Assembly (NCBI GenBank): GCA_965213705.1
Contig: OZ243913.1
Location: 1,312,001 to 1,376,000 of the forward strand
Source of the DNA: Trueperaceae bacterium
GTDB taxonomy: Bacteria; Deinococcota; Deinococci; Deinococcales; Trueperaceae
Direction: 5' to 3'
DNA: 64,000 bases
Position numbers and translations under genes: made by a program. Under the pieces are notes generated by a model. That model did not search any database, was not told the DNA's origin, and was given only the letters and a program-made list of their open reading frames with translations. Shown here piece after piece: positions 48,780 to 58,579 of the stretch (position 1 is the stretch's first letter; each line of letters opens with the position of its first letter).

Positions 48780-50480
48780 TTACTTCGGTTTGAGTTTTTC
48801 CAAAAAAGCCGCGCCGCTCGCGGCGGTGTTGGCGATGTCCGCAGGTCTGAGCCCGGCTTTACGCGCCATCAACACGCCGTAGTACACGTCGTCGTAGCCG
48901 TTCGTGTGGTGCGCGTCGGGATTTATCGAAAAGGTGCAGCCCCGTTCTTTAGCCCGGATAACCCAGCGCCAGTCCATGTCGAGGCGGTGGGGACTGGCGT
49001 TGATTTCGACGACGGTGCCGGTTTCGGCGCACGCTTCGATGACGGCCGCCTGGTCGAGCGCGTAACCGGGGCGGCGCAGCACCAGCCGCCCGGTCGGGTG
49101 CGCGAGGATGGTGGCGTGTGGGTTCTGCACGGCTTTGATGATGCGCTCGGTCTGGTCGCGTTCCGACAACGTGAAGTTCTGGTGGACGCTCACCACCGCG
49201 TAGTCGAGGGTCGCCAACACCTCGTCGGGATAGTCGAGGCTGCCGTCGCTCAGGATGTCGACTTCTAGCCCGTGCAACAGTTCGAAATCGCTGCCCTCGG
49301 CGCGAAGTTCTGCGCGGATTTCATTGACTTCCCGCGCCTGCGCGTACACCCGCTCGATGCTTAGGCCGTTGGCGTAGTAAGACGCGCGTGAGTGGTCGGC
49401 CATCGCCAGATAAGCGTACCCGCGTTCCCGCGCCGCCGCGACCATCTCGCGAATTGAAAACGCCGCGTCCGACCAGGTCGAGTGGTTGTGGACCAGCCCG
49501 CGCACGTCGCTCAAGGTGATGAGGTCGGGAACGGGCTCGGGGTTTGCCGTTTCACGGCGTTCGGGGACGATAAAGGGCAGCTCGAGCCGCTGCAACACGT
49601 CTTTTTCCTCGGGGGTCGCAACGAGGTCGTCGCCTTGAAAAAGACCTCTGTCCGACAAGCTATAGCCTCGTTCGGCGGCACGCTCGCGAATCATCTTCCG
49701 GTACTCGTCACCCCCCGTTTGAACGAGCAAAGCTGCGCCGAGTTGGGCTTCATCTATAACGGTGATGTGCAACTCACGCCCCTCGACGGTTGCGCTTATT
49801 TGAGTTTCGGACTGCTCATGAATCTCGGCGACAGCTTTCAAAGCCTCCGCTACCTCTTGAAGCGTCGCCCCCAACACGATGAGGTCTAGGTCGCCGACGG
49901 TCTCGAGCCCGCGCCGCAAACTGCCTGCGGGTTCGACGCGCGCCTCGGGTAAAGCCGTTTCTAAGACCTCGGTGACCACGCCCCCGAGGAGTTCCGCCAC
50001 GTCTATCCGCATTCTTTTTTGGGCTTCTACGGCGAACTCTGCGCCCGCCAAGATACTCGCCGCGCTCTTCGCGCCGAACCCTTTGAGCGCGGCGACGCGG
50101 CCGTCTTGCACGGCGGCGACCAAGTCTTCCAAACTTTCAATGCCTTCGCGCCACAGCGCTCCGACCTTTTTCGCGCCCAAACCCGACACCCGGAACAAAC
50201 TGCGCACGCCTTCGGGTACTTGCGCGCGCAACTCGTCCAGAATCGGCAGGGCGTCCTGGCTCTCGAGGGCGTAAAGCTCCTGCGCCAAGCCCTGACCGAT
50301 GCCGCGAATTTTTGTCAAGCGGCGCGTTTCGAACAGCTCGGCAAAGTCGCCCTCGAACCCCTCGAGCTGCCGCGCCGCGGTCTGGTAGGCCTTGGCGCGA
50401 AACGGGTCTTCGCCCAACACGTCGAGGAGTCGGGCGGCTTCTTTGAGTTGCGAGGTGACGGCCTTTTTACTCGTTTCCAT
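48780..50480 (-). CDS. polX: DNA polymerase X / PHP 3'-5' exonuclease
   Basis: GEDPFRAKAY, HhH GLGAKK/GFGAKS, AGSLRR..VGDLD; PHP HNHS, DHS, EVDIL, AHPTGR, PDAH. Confidence 0.93.
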   Translation of the reverse strand: METSKKAVTSQLKEAARLLDVLGEDPFRAKAYQTAARQLEGFEGDFAELFETRRLTKIRGIGQGLAQELYALESQDALPILDELRAQVPEGVRSLFRVSGLGAKKVGALWREGIESLEDLVAAVQDGRVAALKGFGAKSAASILAGAEFAVEAQKRMRIDVAELLGGVVTEVLETALPEARVEPAGSLRRGLETVGDLDLIVLGATLQEVAEALKAVAEIHEQSETQISATVEGRELHITVIDEAQLGAALLVQTGGDEYRKMIRERAAERGYSLSDRGLFQGDDLVATPEEKDVLQRLELPFIVPERRETANPEPVPDLITLSDVRGLVHNHSTWSDAAFSIREMVAAARERGYAYLAMADHSRASYYANGLSIERVYAQAREVNEIRAELRAEGSDFELLHGLEVDILSDGSLDYPDEVLATLDYAVVSVHQNFTLSERDQTERIIKAVQNPHATILAHPTGRLVLRRPGYALDQAAVIEACAETGTVVEINASPHRLDMDWRWVIRAKERGCTFSINPDAHHTNGYDDVYYGVLMARKAGLRPADIANTAASGAAFLEKLKPK

Positions 50481-50527
50481 AGCTGCTATTGTACGGCTGT
50501 TGTAAGCCCGTGTTGAGGGAGGCCAGC

Positions 50528-51046
50528 TTGAAACGACGTTTGGACGTTCGACCCTTGGACACCGCCGACCCGCTCGTCGGGCGCTGGCTCGCGTACCACG
50601 CCCAGAGCCGCGAGCGCACCCTGGGCGCGGTCGCAGGTTTGGACGCCGCGGATTTGGACAAAACCGGTGCCGGGGGGTCGAACAGCGTCGGCACGCTGCT
50701 CTACCACATCGCCGCGATAGAGATGGACTGGCTCTACGCCGAGATTTTGGAGCAAGACGTCCCGGCGGAGGTGCTCGAGCACTTTCCCTTTGATGTACGT
50801 GACGCCGACGACCGGCTCACGCCCGTAAAGGGCTGGACCCTGGAGCGTCATTTGGGCCTGCTCGAGCGCACCCGCCTCATTTTCGTCAACACGTTGCGGC
50901 CCTTCAGCGCGGACGAGTTCACGCGCGCCCGCACCCTGCCCGACTACGACGTGACGCCCGAGTGGGTATGTCTGCACTTGCTCCAACACGAGTCCGCGCA
51001 CCGCGGGCAAATGGTGAGTCTGCTAGCGAACCTCACGGCGGCTTAA
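50528..51046 (+). CDS. DinB-family protein
   Basis: NSVGTLLYHIAAIE, HLLQHESAHRGQ; GGAGG before TTG. Confidence 0.85.
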   Translation: MKRRLDVRPLDTADPLVGRWLAYHAQSRERTLGAVAGLDAADLDKTGAGGSNSVGTLLYHIAAIEMDWLYAEILEQDVPAEVLEHFPFDVRDADDRLTPVKGWTLERHLGLLERTRLIFVNTLRPFSADEFTRARTLPDYDVTPEWVCLHLLQHESAHRGQMVSLLANLTAA

Positions 51047-51123
51047 TGCTCGGCAAGGGCGCGCCGAAGTCGTGGTAAGTTGGGTGGCACGGTGCGCAAG
51101 CACTTCAAAATCGGGAGGTTGAC

Positions 51124-51981
51124 ATGTTTAAGAAACTGCTTTACACCCTCGTGGCCGTCTTTGTAGCCGCGCCCCTCACCGTGTCGTTCGCCCAGGACGC
51201 GCCCGACAAGCTCGTCCTCGGCATGGTGCCGAGCCGCGAGGCCGACGCGATTGTCGACTCGCTCGAGCCCCTGGCTGAACTGCTCTCGGCGCGCTTGCAG
51301 GTACCGGTAGACACGTTTGTGTCGACCAACTACGTCGGTCTGGTCGAGGCGATGGGCAACGAGCGCATCGACATCGGCTTTTTCGGTCCCTCGGCGCTCG
51401 TCCAGGCGGTCGACCGCTACGGCGCGGAAGTGATTCTCGCCTCGGTGCGGCGCGGCTCCACGACGTACAAGTCGCAGTTCAACGTGCTCTGCGACAGCGG
51501 CATTGAAAGTTTTGAGGACCTGTCCGGCAAGAGCATCGCTTTTGTCGACCCCGGCTCGGCCTCGGGCTACCAGTTTCCCTATACGTTCCTGAAAAGCGAG
51601 TACGACATCGACGCCGACACCGACATGGAAACGACCTTCGCGGGCAGCCACGACGCCGCGGTGCTGGCCGTCTACAACGGCGACGTCGAGGTGGCGACGA
51701 GTTTCAACGACGCTAGAACGGCCATCGAAGCCGACTTTCCCGACGTGATGGACAAGGTGTGCGTGCTCGGCTACACCGGCGACATCCCCAACGACGGCGT
51801 GGTGGTGCGCCCCGGCCTAAATCCCGAACTCGCCACGCAAATCCAGCAGGCGCTTATCGACATCGCCGCGACCGAAGAGGGCAAAGCCTTAACCGAAACC
51901 CTGTTCAACGTGACCGAGTTCGCGCCCATCGACGCCGCGGCCTATGACCCGGTGCGCCAGGTCTTAGAAAACTTTCAGTAA
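51124..51981 (+). CDS. phnD: Phosphate/phosphite/phosphonate ABC substrate-binding protein
   Basis: AFVDPGSASGY, GSHDAA, IPND. Confidence 0.9.
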   Translation: MFKKLLYTLVAVFVAAPLTVSFAQDAPDKLVLGMVPSREADAIVDSLEPLAELLSARLQVPVDTFVSTNYVGLVEAMGNERIDIGFFGPSALVQAVDRYGAEVILASVRRGSTTYKSQFNVLCDSGIESFEDLSGKSIAFVDPGSASGYQFPYTFLKSEYDIDADTDMETTFAGSHDAAVLAVYNGDVEVATSFNDARTAIEADFPDVMDKVCVLGYTGDIPNDGVVVRPGLNPELATQIQQALIDIAATEEGKALTETLFNVTEFAPIDAAAYDPVRQVLENFQ

Positions 51982-52011
51982 ACCGGCACCCGCGTTGGCA
52001 CCCGCGTTACG

Positions 52012-52037
52012 GCCCCAGGATTTCCTGGGGCTTTTTT
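52012..52037 (+). terminator. Rho-independent terminator after phnD
   Basis: GCCCCAGGA-tt-TCCTGGGGC followed by TTTTTT. Confidence 0.85.
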
Positions 52038-52105
52038 GTGCGCCGCCACGGTCGACTCTGTTAAACTTGTGCGTCCATGACCGAATCTCACCGTGACCAA
52101 CTACG

Positions 52106-52876
52106 ATGATTGAATTCCGAGACGTCGAAGTCACTTACCCCAACGGCCTCAAAGCCCTCAAGGGCGTAACCCTGGAGGTGCCCAAGGGGCAGTTCGTCGT
52201 GGTGGTGGGTTTGTCCGGGGCGGGCAAGTCTACACTTATTCGCACCATCAACAACTTAGTCGTGCCGTCCAAGGGCGAGGTCGTCGTGGGTGGGCGCTCG
52301 GTCACACGGGCCAAGGGCCGCGAACTGCGCGGGCTCCGCAGCGACATCGGCATGATTTTCCAGACCTTCAACTTAGTCAAGCGCTCGTCGGTGCTCCGCA
52401 ACGTGCTCTCGGGGCGCTTGGGCGACGCCAACCCGGCATTGAGCCTGCTCGGGATTTTTCCTAAAAAAGACGTCGCTCTAGCGCACGACTGTCTGCGGCG
52501 GGTGGGCATTTCTGAAAAGGCTTACGCTCGAGCCGACGCCCTGTCCGGCGGGCAGCAGCAGCGCGTCGGCATCGCTCGAGCGCTCGCCCAGGAGCCCGCG
52601 GTGATGCTCGCCGACGAGCCCGTCGCCAGCCTCGACCCGCCCACCTCGCACGCGGTCATGCGCGACTTAAAGCGCATCGCCCGCGAGGACGGTATCACCA
52701 CGCTGGTGAACCTGCACTTTATCGACATGGCGAGGGACTACGCCGACCGCATCGTCGGAATGCGCGACGGCGTCGTCGTGTTCGACGGCACGCCTCTTGA
52801 AGCCACCGACCAGGCGTTCGAGGACATCTACGGCCGCCCCATCGACGCGGAAAAGGACCTGCGCGGTGTCGCCTGA
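52106..52876 (+). CDS. phnC: Phosphonate ABC ATP-binding protein
   Basis: GLSGAGKS, LSGGQQQRV, LADEPVASLDP. Confidence 0.95.
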   Translation: MIEFRDVEVTYPNGLKALKGVTLEVPKGQFVVVVGLSGAGKSTLIRTINNLVVPSKGEVVVGGRSVTRAKGRELRGLRSDIGMIFQTFNLVKRSSVLRNVLSGRLGDANPALSLLGIFPKKDVALAHDCLRRVGISEKAYARADALSGGQQQRVGIARALAQEPAVMLADEPVASLDPPTSHAVMRDLKRIAREDGITTLVNLHFIDMARDYADRIVGMRDGVVVFDGTPLEATDQAFEDIYGRPIDAEKDLRGVA

Positions 52877-53660
52877 GGTGTCTAAAGCTCCCCCGACACC
52901 GCCGCAGGCGCAGCGCCTGCTGGTGTGGTCGACCTTCGGCGTTTTTTTGGCGCTGTTCTTCGTCTCCGCGTGGCAGACCGACTTTTCGGTGGGGGTGTTG
53001 GCCCAGGGCGGGGGCGACTTTTTCGCATTTTTCCGCAAGCTCACGCCCGACCCGAGCTATCTACCCGAGGTGTGGGGGCCGCTGCTCGAGACCCTGCAAA
53101 TCGCCTACCTGAGCACGCTGTTCGGCACCGTGTTGGCCTTGCCGCTGCTCTTTTTGGCCTCGAATAACACGACTTCGGACCCCGTAACCCTGTGGGTGGC
53201 GCGGAGCATCCTGACGGTTTTGCGCTCCATCCCCGACCTGCTCTACGCGGCTATCCTGGCCCCCATCCTCGCCATCGGGCCGCTGCCGGGCGTGGTGGCC
53301 TTGACCATTTTCAGCACGGCGGTCCTCGCCAAGCTCGGCTCGGAAACGGTCGAGGCGGTCGACCCCGGCCCCTTGGAAGCGCTGCGCGCGACCGGCGCGG
53401 GTCGCAACCGCACCATCGTCTACGGGGTGGTGCCGCAGGTCATGGCGACGATGACGAGTTACGTGCTGTACGTGTTCGAAATCAACGTGCGCGCCTCGGT
53501 AGTTATCGGACTCGTCGGGGCGGGCGGCATCGGCGAGCAGTTGCTGGCGCGGCTCAACTTTTTCGCCTTCGGCGACGTGGCGACCATCATCATCGTCATT
53601 TTCGCGGTCGTGCTCTTTATCGACGCGGTGTCGGTGTACGCGCGTTCGCGGCTCATCTAG
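52866..53660 (+). CDS. phnE: Phosphonate ABC permease
   Basis: RSIPDL, EALRATGA, FEINVRAS..GLVGAGGIG. Confidence 0.92.
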   Translation: MSPEVSKAPPTPPQAQRLLVWSTFGVFLALFFVSAWQTDFSVGVLAQGGGDFFAFFRKLTPDPSYLPEVWGPLLETLQIAYLSTLFGTVLALPLLFLASNNTTSDPVTLWVARSILTVLRSIPDLLYAAILAPILAIGPLPGVVALTIFSTAVLAKLGSETVEAVDPGPLEALRATGAGRNRTIVYGVVPQVMATMTSYVLYVFEINVRASVVIGLVGAGGIGEQLLARLNFFAFGDVATIIIVIFAVVLFIDAVSVYARSRLI

Positions 53661-53675
53661 CATGGCGCAACTTTT

Positions 53676-54485
53676 ATGACGCAGAAAAGTGTGAGCGTTC
53701 CCCGCCCGCCCGCGCACGTCCGGCGCAACTTAGCGCTGCGCTACCTGCTGTTCGCCGCGCTGCTGGGCTTTGGGGTGTTCACGCTTGTCACGCTCGATTT
53801 ACCGTCCTTTTCGCGCGTGCTGCGGGGCTTGCGCAACAACTTAGTGCCGCTTCTGCGCGGCTTCATCCAGCCGAGTTGGGAGACCGCGCCGCTGGCGTTT
53901 TCGGCGATGCTCGAGACTTTCTTCATGGCGGTCATCGGCACGACCATCGGCGGGCTGCTCGCCTTTCCGCTGAGCTTTTTGGCGGCGGGCAACCTCTTGG
54001 GCGGCACCCGCTTCGCCGCGCCGGGCAAAGTGCTACTCGTCGCGGTGCGCACCTTTCCCGAAATCCTCTTAGCCATCATCTTCGTCGCCGCGACCGGCCC
54101 CGGCCCGACGGCGGGAATTATGGCGATGGGCATTCACTCGATAGGCTTTCTGGGCAAAATTTTCGCCGATGTCATCGAGGGCATCGACCCCGGCCCCAAC
54201 GAGGCGATTCGCGCGACCGGCGGCAGCGCGCTCCACGTGTTCTTGTACTCGGTGGTGCCGCAGGTGCTGCCCGAGTTCGCCTCCAACCTGCTGTACCGTT
54301 TCGAAATCAACCTCCGCGCGGCGACGGTTCTGGGTTTAGTGGGTGCGGGCGGTATCGGCTTGCCGCTCATCCAGCGCATCCAGTTTCGGCGCTGGGACGA
54401 GGTGTCGATGATTCTTCTCGTCATCGTGGCGGTCGTCATCGTCGTGGATACCGGGAGTTCGTTCGTGCGGCGGCGGTTGGTTTGA
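53676..54485 (+). CDS. phnE: Phosphonate ABC permease (second copy)
   Basis: RTFPEI, EAIRATGG, RFEINLRAATVLGLVGAGGIG. Confidence 0.92.
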   Translation: MTQKSVSVPRPPAHVRRNLALRYLLFAALLGFGVFTLVTLDLPSFSRVLRGLRNNLVPLLRGFIQPSWETAPLAFSAMLETFFMAVIGTTIGGLLAFPLSFLAAGNLLGGTRFAAPGKVLLVAVRTFPEILLAIIFVAATGPGPTAGIMAMGIHSIGFLGKIFADVIEGIDPGPNEAIRATGGSALHVFLYSVVPQVLPEFASNLLYRFEINLRAATVLGLVGAGGIGLPLIQRIQFRRWDEVSMILLVIVAVVIVVDTGSSFVRRRLV

Positions 54486-54536
54486 GACCCCCTGTATCCC
54501 CCTAAAAGGGGGAGCTGCTACTTGTTACACTGACCT

Positions 54537-55058
54537 ATGATTCGCGCACCGAGTAACACGTTGTCGGCCTCGAGGTTCGAAAGTCACGCCTCGAGCCTGC
54601 TCCAGAACTTCAGACGGCTTTTTATAGTCGTTGCGCTGGCCTCGACACTCTCTTTCGGTCTGGGTCAGTCGCTGTGGCTCGAGGGCGGTCTCGCCTACCG
54701 CGAAACGCCGCCGGAAGGGTACGATTCCGGCTTCAAGGTCGGGCTGCGCGGCGTGTTGGACCTCAACGACACGGTCGGGCTGTACCTTGCGCCTTATTAC
54801 TTAGACGGGTTCGGCGTCGACGGCGGGGTCTGGTTCAGCTTTCTGGTCGGGCTGGACGACATTGTCGGCTTTACAAGCTATTTGGGCGCGGGCCTCACCT
54901 TGGTTCACGGCAACTTCGGGTTCGCGTTGAGCGGTGCGGTCGGCTTTGAACTGTCCCGCGACTTAGAACTCGTGCTGGTCTACACGCACCGGCCGATTCT
55001 GTTGCCCCGCTTGTCGCAAACTTTCGACGTGTCGCTGGGGCTGAAAATCGACTTTTAG
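54537..55058 (+). CDS. Putative small outer-membrane beta-barrel protein
   Basis: Alternating hydrophobic strands, C-terminal Phe (GLKIDF). Confidence 0.6.
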   Translation: MIRAPSNTLSASRFESHASSLLQNFRRLFIVVALASTLSFGLGQSLWLEGGLAYRETPPEGYDSGFKVGLRGVLDLNDTVGLYLAPYYLDGFGVDGGVWFSFLVGLDDIVGFTSYLGAGLTLVHGNFGFALSGAVGFELSRDLELVLVYTHRPILLPRLSQTFDVSLGLKIDF

Positions 55059-55173
55059 GAAACGTGGTTCGTCGTTCGTTGTTCGTGGGCTACTCTTAGC
55101 GAAAAATGAACGACGAAAAATGAAGAGCCCTTCAGCCCACGTTGGCACCGACCCTTCGGTTTCGAAAACGCAC

Positions 55174-55941
55174 CTACAGAGCGTCCGCGATGATGCGCAG
55201 ACCGTCCAGCGTCAGCAGCGGCGCGTACACGTCGATTTTTCGGGCGTGGCCCTCGATGACCTCGGCAAAACCGCCCGTGGCGATGACGAGAGGGGTACCC
55301 AACGAAGGCTCTATTTCCCGCGACAGCCGCGCCACCATGCCGTCGACCATCTCGGCGTAGCCGAACACGAGGCCGGACTGCAGCGCGCTCACGGTGTTTT
55401 TGCCGATGGCTTGCTGCGGCGCGGTGAGGTCTATCCGCGGCAGCTTGGCGGCGCGGGCGAACAGCGCCTCGGCGGCGACGAGCGGCCCCGGTGCCAGCGC
55501 CACCCCCAGCAGGCGGTTAGGTTTGACGACCACGTCGAAGTTCGTCGCGGTGCCGAAGTCCACGACGACGAACGCCTCAGCGTCATAGCGCAGCGCGGCG
55601 ACCGCGTTCACCATGCGGTCGGCCCCGACCTCTCGAGGGTTGTCGGTTTCGACCGAGAGAAGCGGCGCTAAGCTCGAGCTGTTCACGCCCGTACTCTCGA
55701 CCTGCCAGTAGGTTCTCAGCGCCAGCGACAACTCGCGCTCGACGTGCGGCACCACGCTCGAGATGACCGCCCGACTGGGCGGCGCAACGTCGTCTAACTC
55801 GAGCAGGTTCTTGACCAGCACCGCGTATTGGTCGGCCATGCGGTTGCGGTCGGTCGACACGCGCCAGTGTGCACGCAGGGTTGCGCCCTCGAACAGGCCC
55901 AGCACGGTGCTGGTGTTGCCCACGTCTACGGCTAGAAGCAT
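55174..55941 (-). CDS. coaX: Type III pantothenate kinase
   Basis: VDVGNT, SSVVP, VGADR, VDFGTATNFD, ATGG. Confidence 0.96.
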   Translation of the reverse strand: MLLAVDVGNTSTVLGLFEGATLRAHWRVSTDRNRMADQYAVLVKNLLELDDVAPPSRAVISSVVPHVERELSLALRTYWQVESTGVNSSSLAPLLSVETDNPREVGADRMVNAVAALRYDAEAFVVVDFGTATNFDVVVKPNRLLGVALAPGPLVAAEALFARAAKLPRIDLTAPQQAIGKNTVSALQSGLVFGYAEMVDGMVARLSREIEPSLGTPLVIATGGFAEVIEGHARKIDVYAPLLTLDGLRIIADAL

Positions 55942-56120
55942 GGGTGTAGGATATAGGGTTTAAGTGCCGGGGTCTAGGCATTGGGGAGGGGTTCCGGTTT
56001 ACTTGCTGAGACAGTTGTTGTGCTGCGAGCGAGAAGTAAGGAGTAAGAAGGTTACACAACTTTGTAGCTGCAACGTCGGTTACGAGGTGGGGTGTTTTGA
56101 ACAGTCGACGTTTACAGAGT

Positions 56121-56585
56121 TCAACCTACTTCCGCAAGCACCAACCTCGTCCAGGCGCGGATTTCCTCGGTCAGGTCCAGCGCCGCCAACTCGTCAGGCC
56201 CGTACCAGCCGAGGCTGGGGTCGGTCTCGAGCAAGTACCCGTCGTACCCGTCCACAGGCCGGGCGAAGTAGATGAGGTCGACGTGCTCGTGGCCCTGAAA
56301 AATCGTTTCCAACTGCACGCCTCTAGGTGGCACGAGTTGGCGCGGTTCGGCAATCGTCAGGGCGGGGTTCCCCAGCAGCACGACCGGCACGCCGGACTCT
56401 TCGAACACCTCGCGCACCGCCGCCTCGTCGGGAAGTTCGTGCGGCTCGATGTGGCCGCCGGGCGGAAACCAGCGGCCGAGTTTTTTGTGCTTGTGGAGGA
56501 GCACGCAGCCGCGCCAGACGACGAAAGCGGTGGCGGTGAAGTCTCGAGTCAGCCGCGGAACCTGTAAACCGTCCGACTCAGTCAC
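56121..56585 (-). CDS. NUDIX hydrolase
   Basis: PGGHIEPHELPDEAAVREVFEESG. Confidence 0.9.
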   Translation of the reverse strand: MTESDGLQVPRLTRDFTATAFVVWRGCVLLHKHKKLGRWFPPGGHIEPHELPDEAAVREVFEESGVPVVLLGNPALTIAEPRQLVPPRGVQLETIFQGHEHVDLIYFARPVDGYDGYLLETDPSLGWYGPDELAALDLTEEIRAWTRLVLAEVG

Positions 56586-56958
56586 GTTCGACCCACGCGC
56601 GCCGCCAGGCGGCTGGCTCGAAGGGGTCGGGCCAGTACTCGACTTGTTTGACAATCAAGCCGTTTTCGACCGTCGAAAAGGTGAGGGCTCGAGCCGCCAC
56701 GACGCCGTCGGTCACGCTCACGTCGGTGACGACCTCATTGCCGTCGCCGAGAATCTTGTTGAGTGTAAAGCGCCACGGGCCGTTCGCCGGATAGTTTCGG
56801 TTCACCGCGACGAAGTTGGCGCGTCCTGAAATTTTTTCCGACGATTGAGGCCAATAAAGTTCGTAGTTCGGGGCCAACAGCTCGCTCGCCGCGAGAAAGT
56901 CGTTGGTTTGCATGGTTTCCCAAAACTTCGTGACGACCCCTTTGGCTTCACTGCTCAC
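56578..56958 (-). CDS. SnoaL/NTF2-like protein
   Basis: WPQSSEKISGR, EYWPDPF..PAWR. Confidence 0.85.
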   Translation of the reverse strand: MSSEAKGVVTKFWETMQTNDFLAASELLAPNYELYWPQSSEKISGRANFVAVNRNYPANGPWRFTLNKILGDGNEVVTDVSVTDGVVAARALTFSTVENGLIVKQVEYWPDPFEPAAWRRAWVERD

Positions 56959-56961
56959 CGC

Positions 56962-58293
56962 TCAAGCCATCATCAGCGGAATTTTTTCAGTGGCGTGGCC
57001 CTTGACCGTGCCGTAAAGCGTGTGCGGCGTGGTGGTGTCGATGGTGACCGTGTGCAGCCCCATCCGCGTCACCTGCTCTTTGGGCACCAGTACCGTGTGA
57101 TTTTGGTCGCTGTGCCCCACCACGTAGTCGCTGCTGTCGGCCACGTCTTTAATAAGCACGCGCAACTCGCGCCCCTCGAAACGCTTGTTACTCGTGAACG
57201 CCCAGTGCTTTTGCCGCTCGATGAGCCGGCCCAGGCGCTCGGTCTTGAGGTCTCTGGGCAGGTCGTCGAAGTGCTCGTAAGACGGCGTGCCGGGCCGGGC
57301 GCTGTAGATGAACATGTAAGCCTGGTCGTACTGAACCTCATCAAACAAAGACAGCGTCGCCTCGAAATCCTCTTCGGTCTCGCCGGGAAAGCCGACGATG
57401 ATGTCGGTCGAAATCACCACGTCTTGAACCTTGGCGCGAATTTCACGGACGATGTCTAAGTAGCGCTCGCGGCGGTACTCCCTCGCCATGCGCCGCAGCA
57501 CCCGGTCGCTGCCCGACTGCACCGGCAAGTGGATGTAGTTGCAGATGTTCTCGGTCTCGGCAATGGCGTCGATGATGTCGGAGGTGAAGTTCATCGGATG
57601 GCTCGTTGTGAACTTTACGCGCGGAATGCCGGTCGCGGCGACCGTGCGGAGCAGTTCGGCGAACGAGGGCAGGGTGGGGTCGCCGAGGCCGTAGCTGTTG
57701 ACGTTTTGGCCGAGGAGGTAGATTTCTTGCACGCCCCCTAAGCGCATCGCTTCGGCCTCTTGCAGGATGGCTTGCACGGGTCTCGAGACCTCCGGCCCCC
57801 GCGTGGTCGGCACGATGCAGTAGGTGCAGTGGTGGTTGCAGCCGCGCATGATCGTCAAAAAGCCGGTCAGCGCGTTCGGCGCGGGTGTGATATAACCCGT
57901 CAGGTCGTCCTTGAAGCGCACGCTCTCGAACGACGCTTGGCCGCCGCTAAGCGCTTCCAACGCAGGTAAAATATCGGTAATTGCGCCCGGACCGAGCAGG
58001 ATGTCCACGCCGAGCTTGTCCGCAATCTCTTTGCCCTCGTCGAGTTGCGCCAAACAACCCATCATCGCCACCGTGAGGTCGCGGCCGGCGCGCTTTTGTT
58101 TGCGGAACTCGCCCAAAAGCGTCTTGACCTTCTCGACCGGTTTGCCGCGCACCGCGCAGGTGTTCAAAATCACGAGGTTGGCGTCCTCTGCAGAGTCCAC
58201 CAGGCTGTGGCCGCCCGCGACGAGTTCGGAGTGAATCGTCAGGGTGTCGTACTCGTTCATCTGGCAACCCATCGTAATCACGTGGGCGCGCAT
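56962..58293 (-). CDS. miaB: tRNA-2-methylthio-N6-dimethylallyladenosine synthase
   Basis: GCQMNEYD, NTCAVR, CNHHCTYC radical-SAM motif, GQNVNSYG, TRAM-like tail. Confidence 0.96.
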   Translation of the reverse strand: MRAHVITMGCQMNEYDTLTIHSELVAGGHSLVDSAEDANLVILNTCAVRGKPVEKVKTLLGEFRKQKRAGRDLTVAMMGCLAQLDEGKEIADKLGVDILLGPGAITDILPALEALSGGQASFESVRFKDDLTGYITPAPNALTGFLTIMRGCNHHCTYCIVPTTRGPEVSRPVQAILQEAEAMRLGGVQEIYLLGQNVNSYGLGDPTLPSFAELLRTVAATGIPRVKFTTSHPMNFTSDIIDAIAETENICNYIHLPVQSGSDRVLRRMAREYRRERYLDIVREIRAKVQDVVISTDIIVGFPGETEEDFEATLSLFDEVQYDQAYMFIYSARPGTPSYEHFDDLPRDLKTERLGRLIERQKHWAFTSNKRFEGRELRVLIKDVADSSDYVVGHSDQNHTVLVPKEQVTRMGLHTVTIDTTTPHTLYGTVKGHATEKIPLMMA

Positions 58294-58579
58294 AGGTTCT
58301 CGGTTCAAGGTCAGCTCCGTCGGTTCCGGCTCGGGGTTCGAACTAACCCGTTCGCCGAGCAGTTCAGCATACTAGGCCGGGCCGTTTCTCCTCAAGGCGA
58401 GGGGTTACAAGTGACCCGGTGTCTCGCCTACCCGACCCTGTGGACTTTTGACAGTTTGGAGAAAAGTACCGAGTCTCAAGGACCGAGTTGGACGTGTTCT
58501 TGGCTCGGTCCTTTTCACTTCAAGCTCGGTTACCGATTCTGTAAGAGTCTCGTTATAAGCCGCTTGCTAGGCTAAACCT

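Noticed and set aside
51124..54485. Phosphonate catabolism (C-P lyase) or phosphite oxidation
   Set aside because: Only the transporter is present; no phnG-M or ptxD in the window.
54487..54514. REP-like element CCCCCTGTATCCCCCTAAAAGGGGGAG
   Set aside because: Single copy in the window; adequately explained as a hairpin after phnE.
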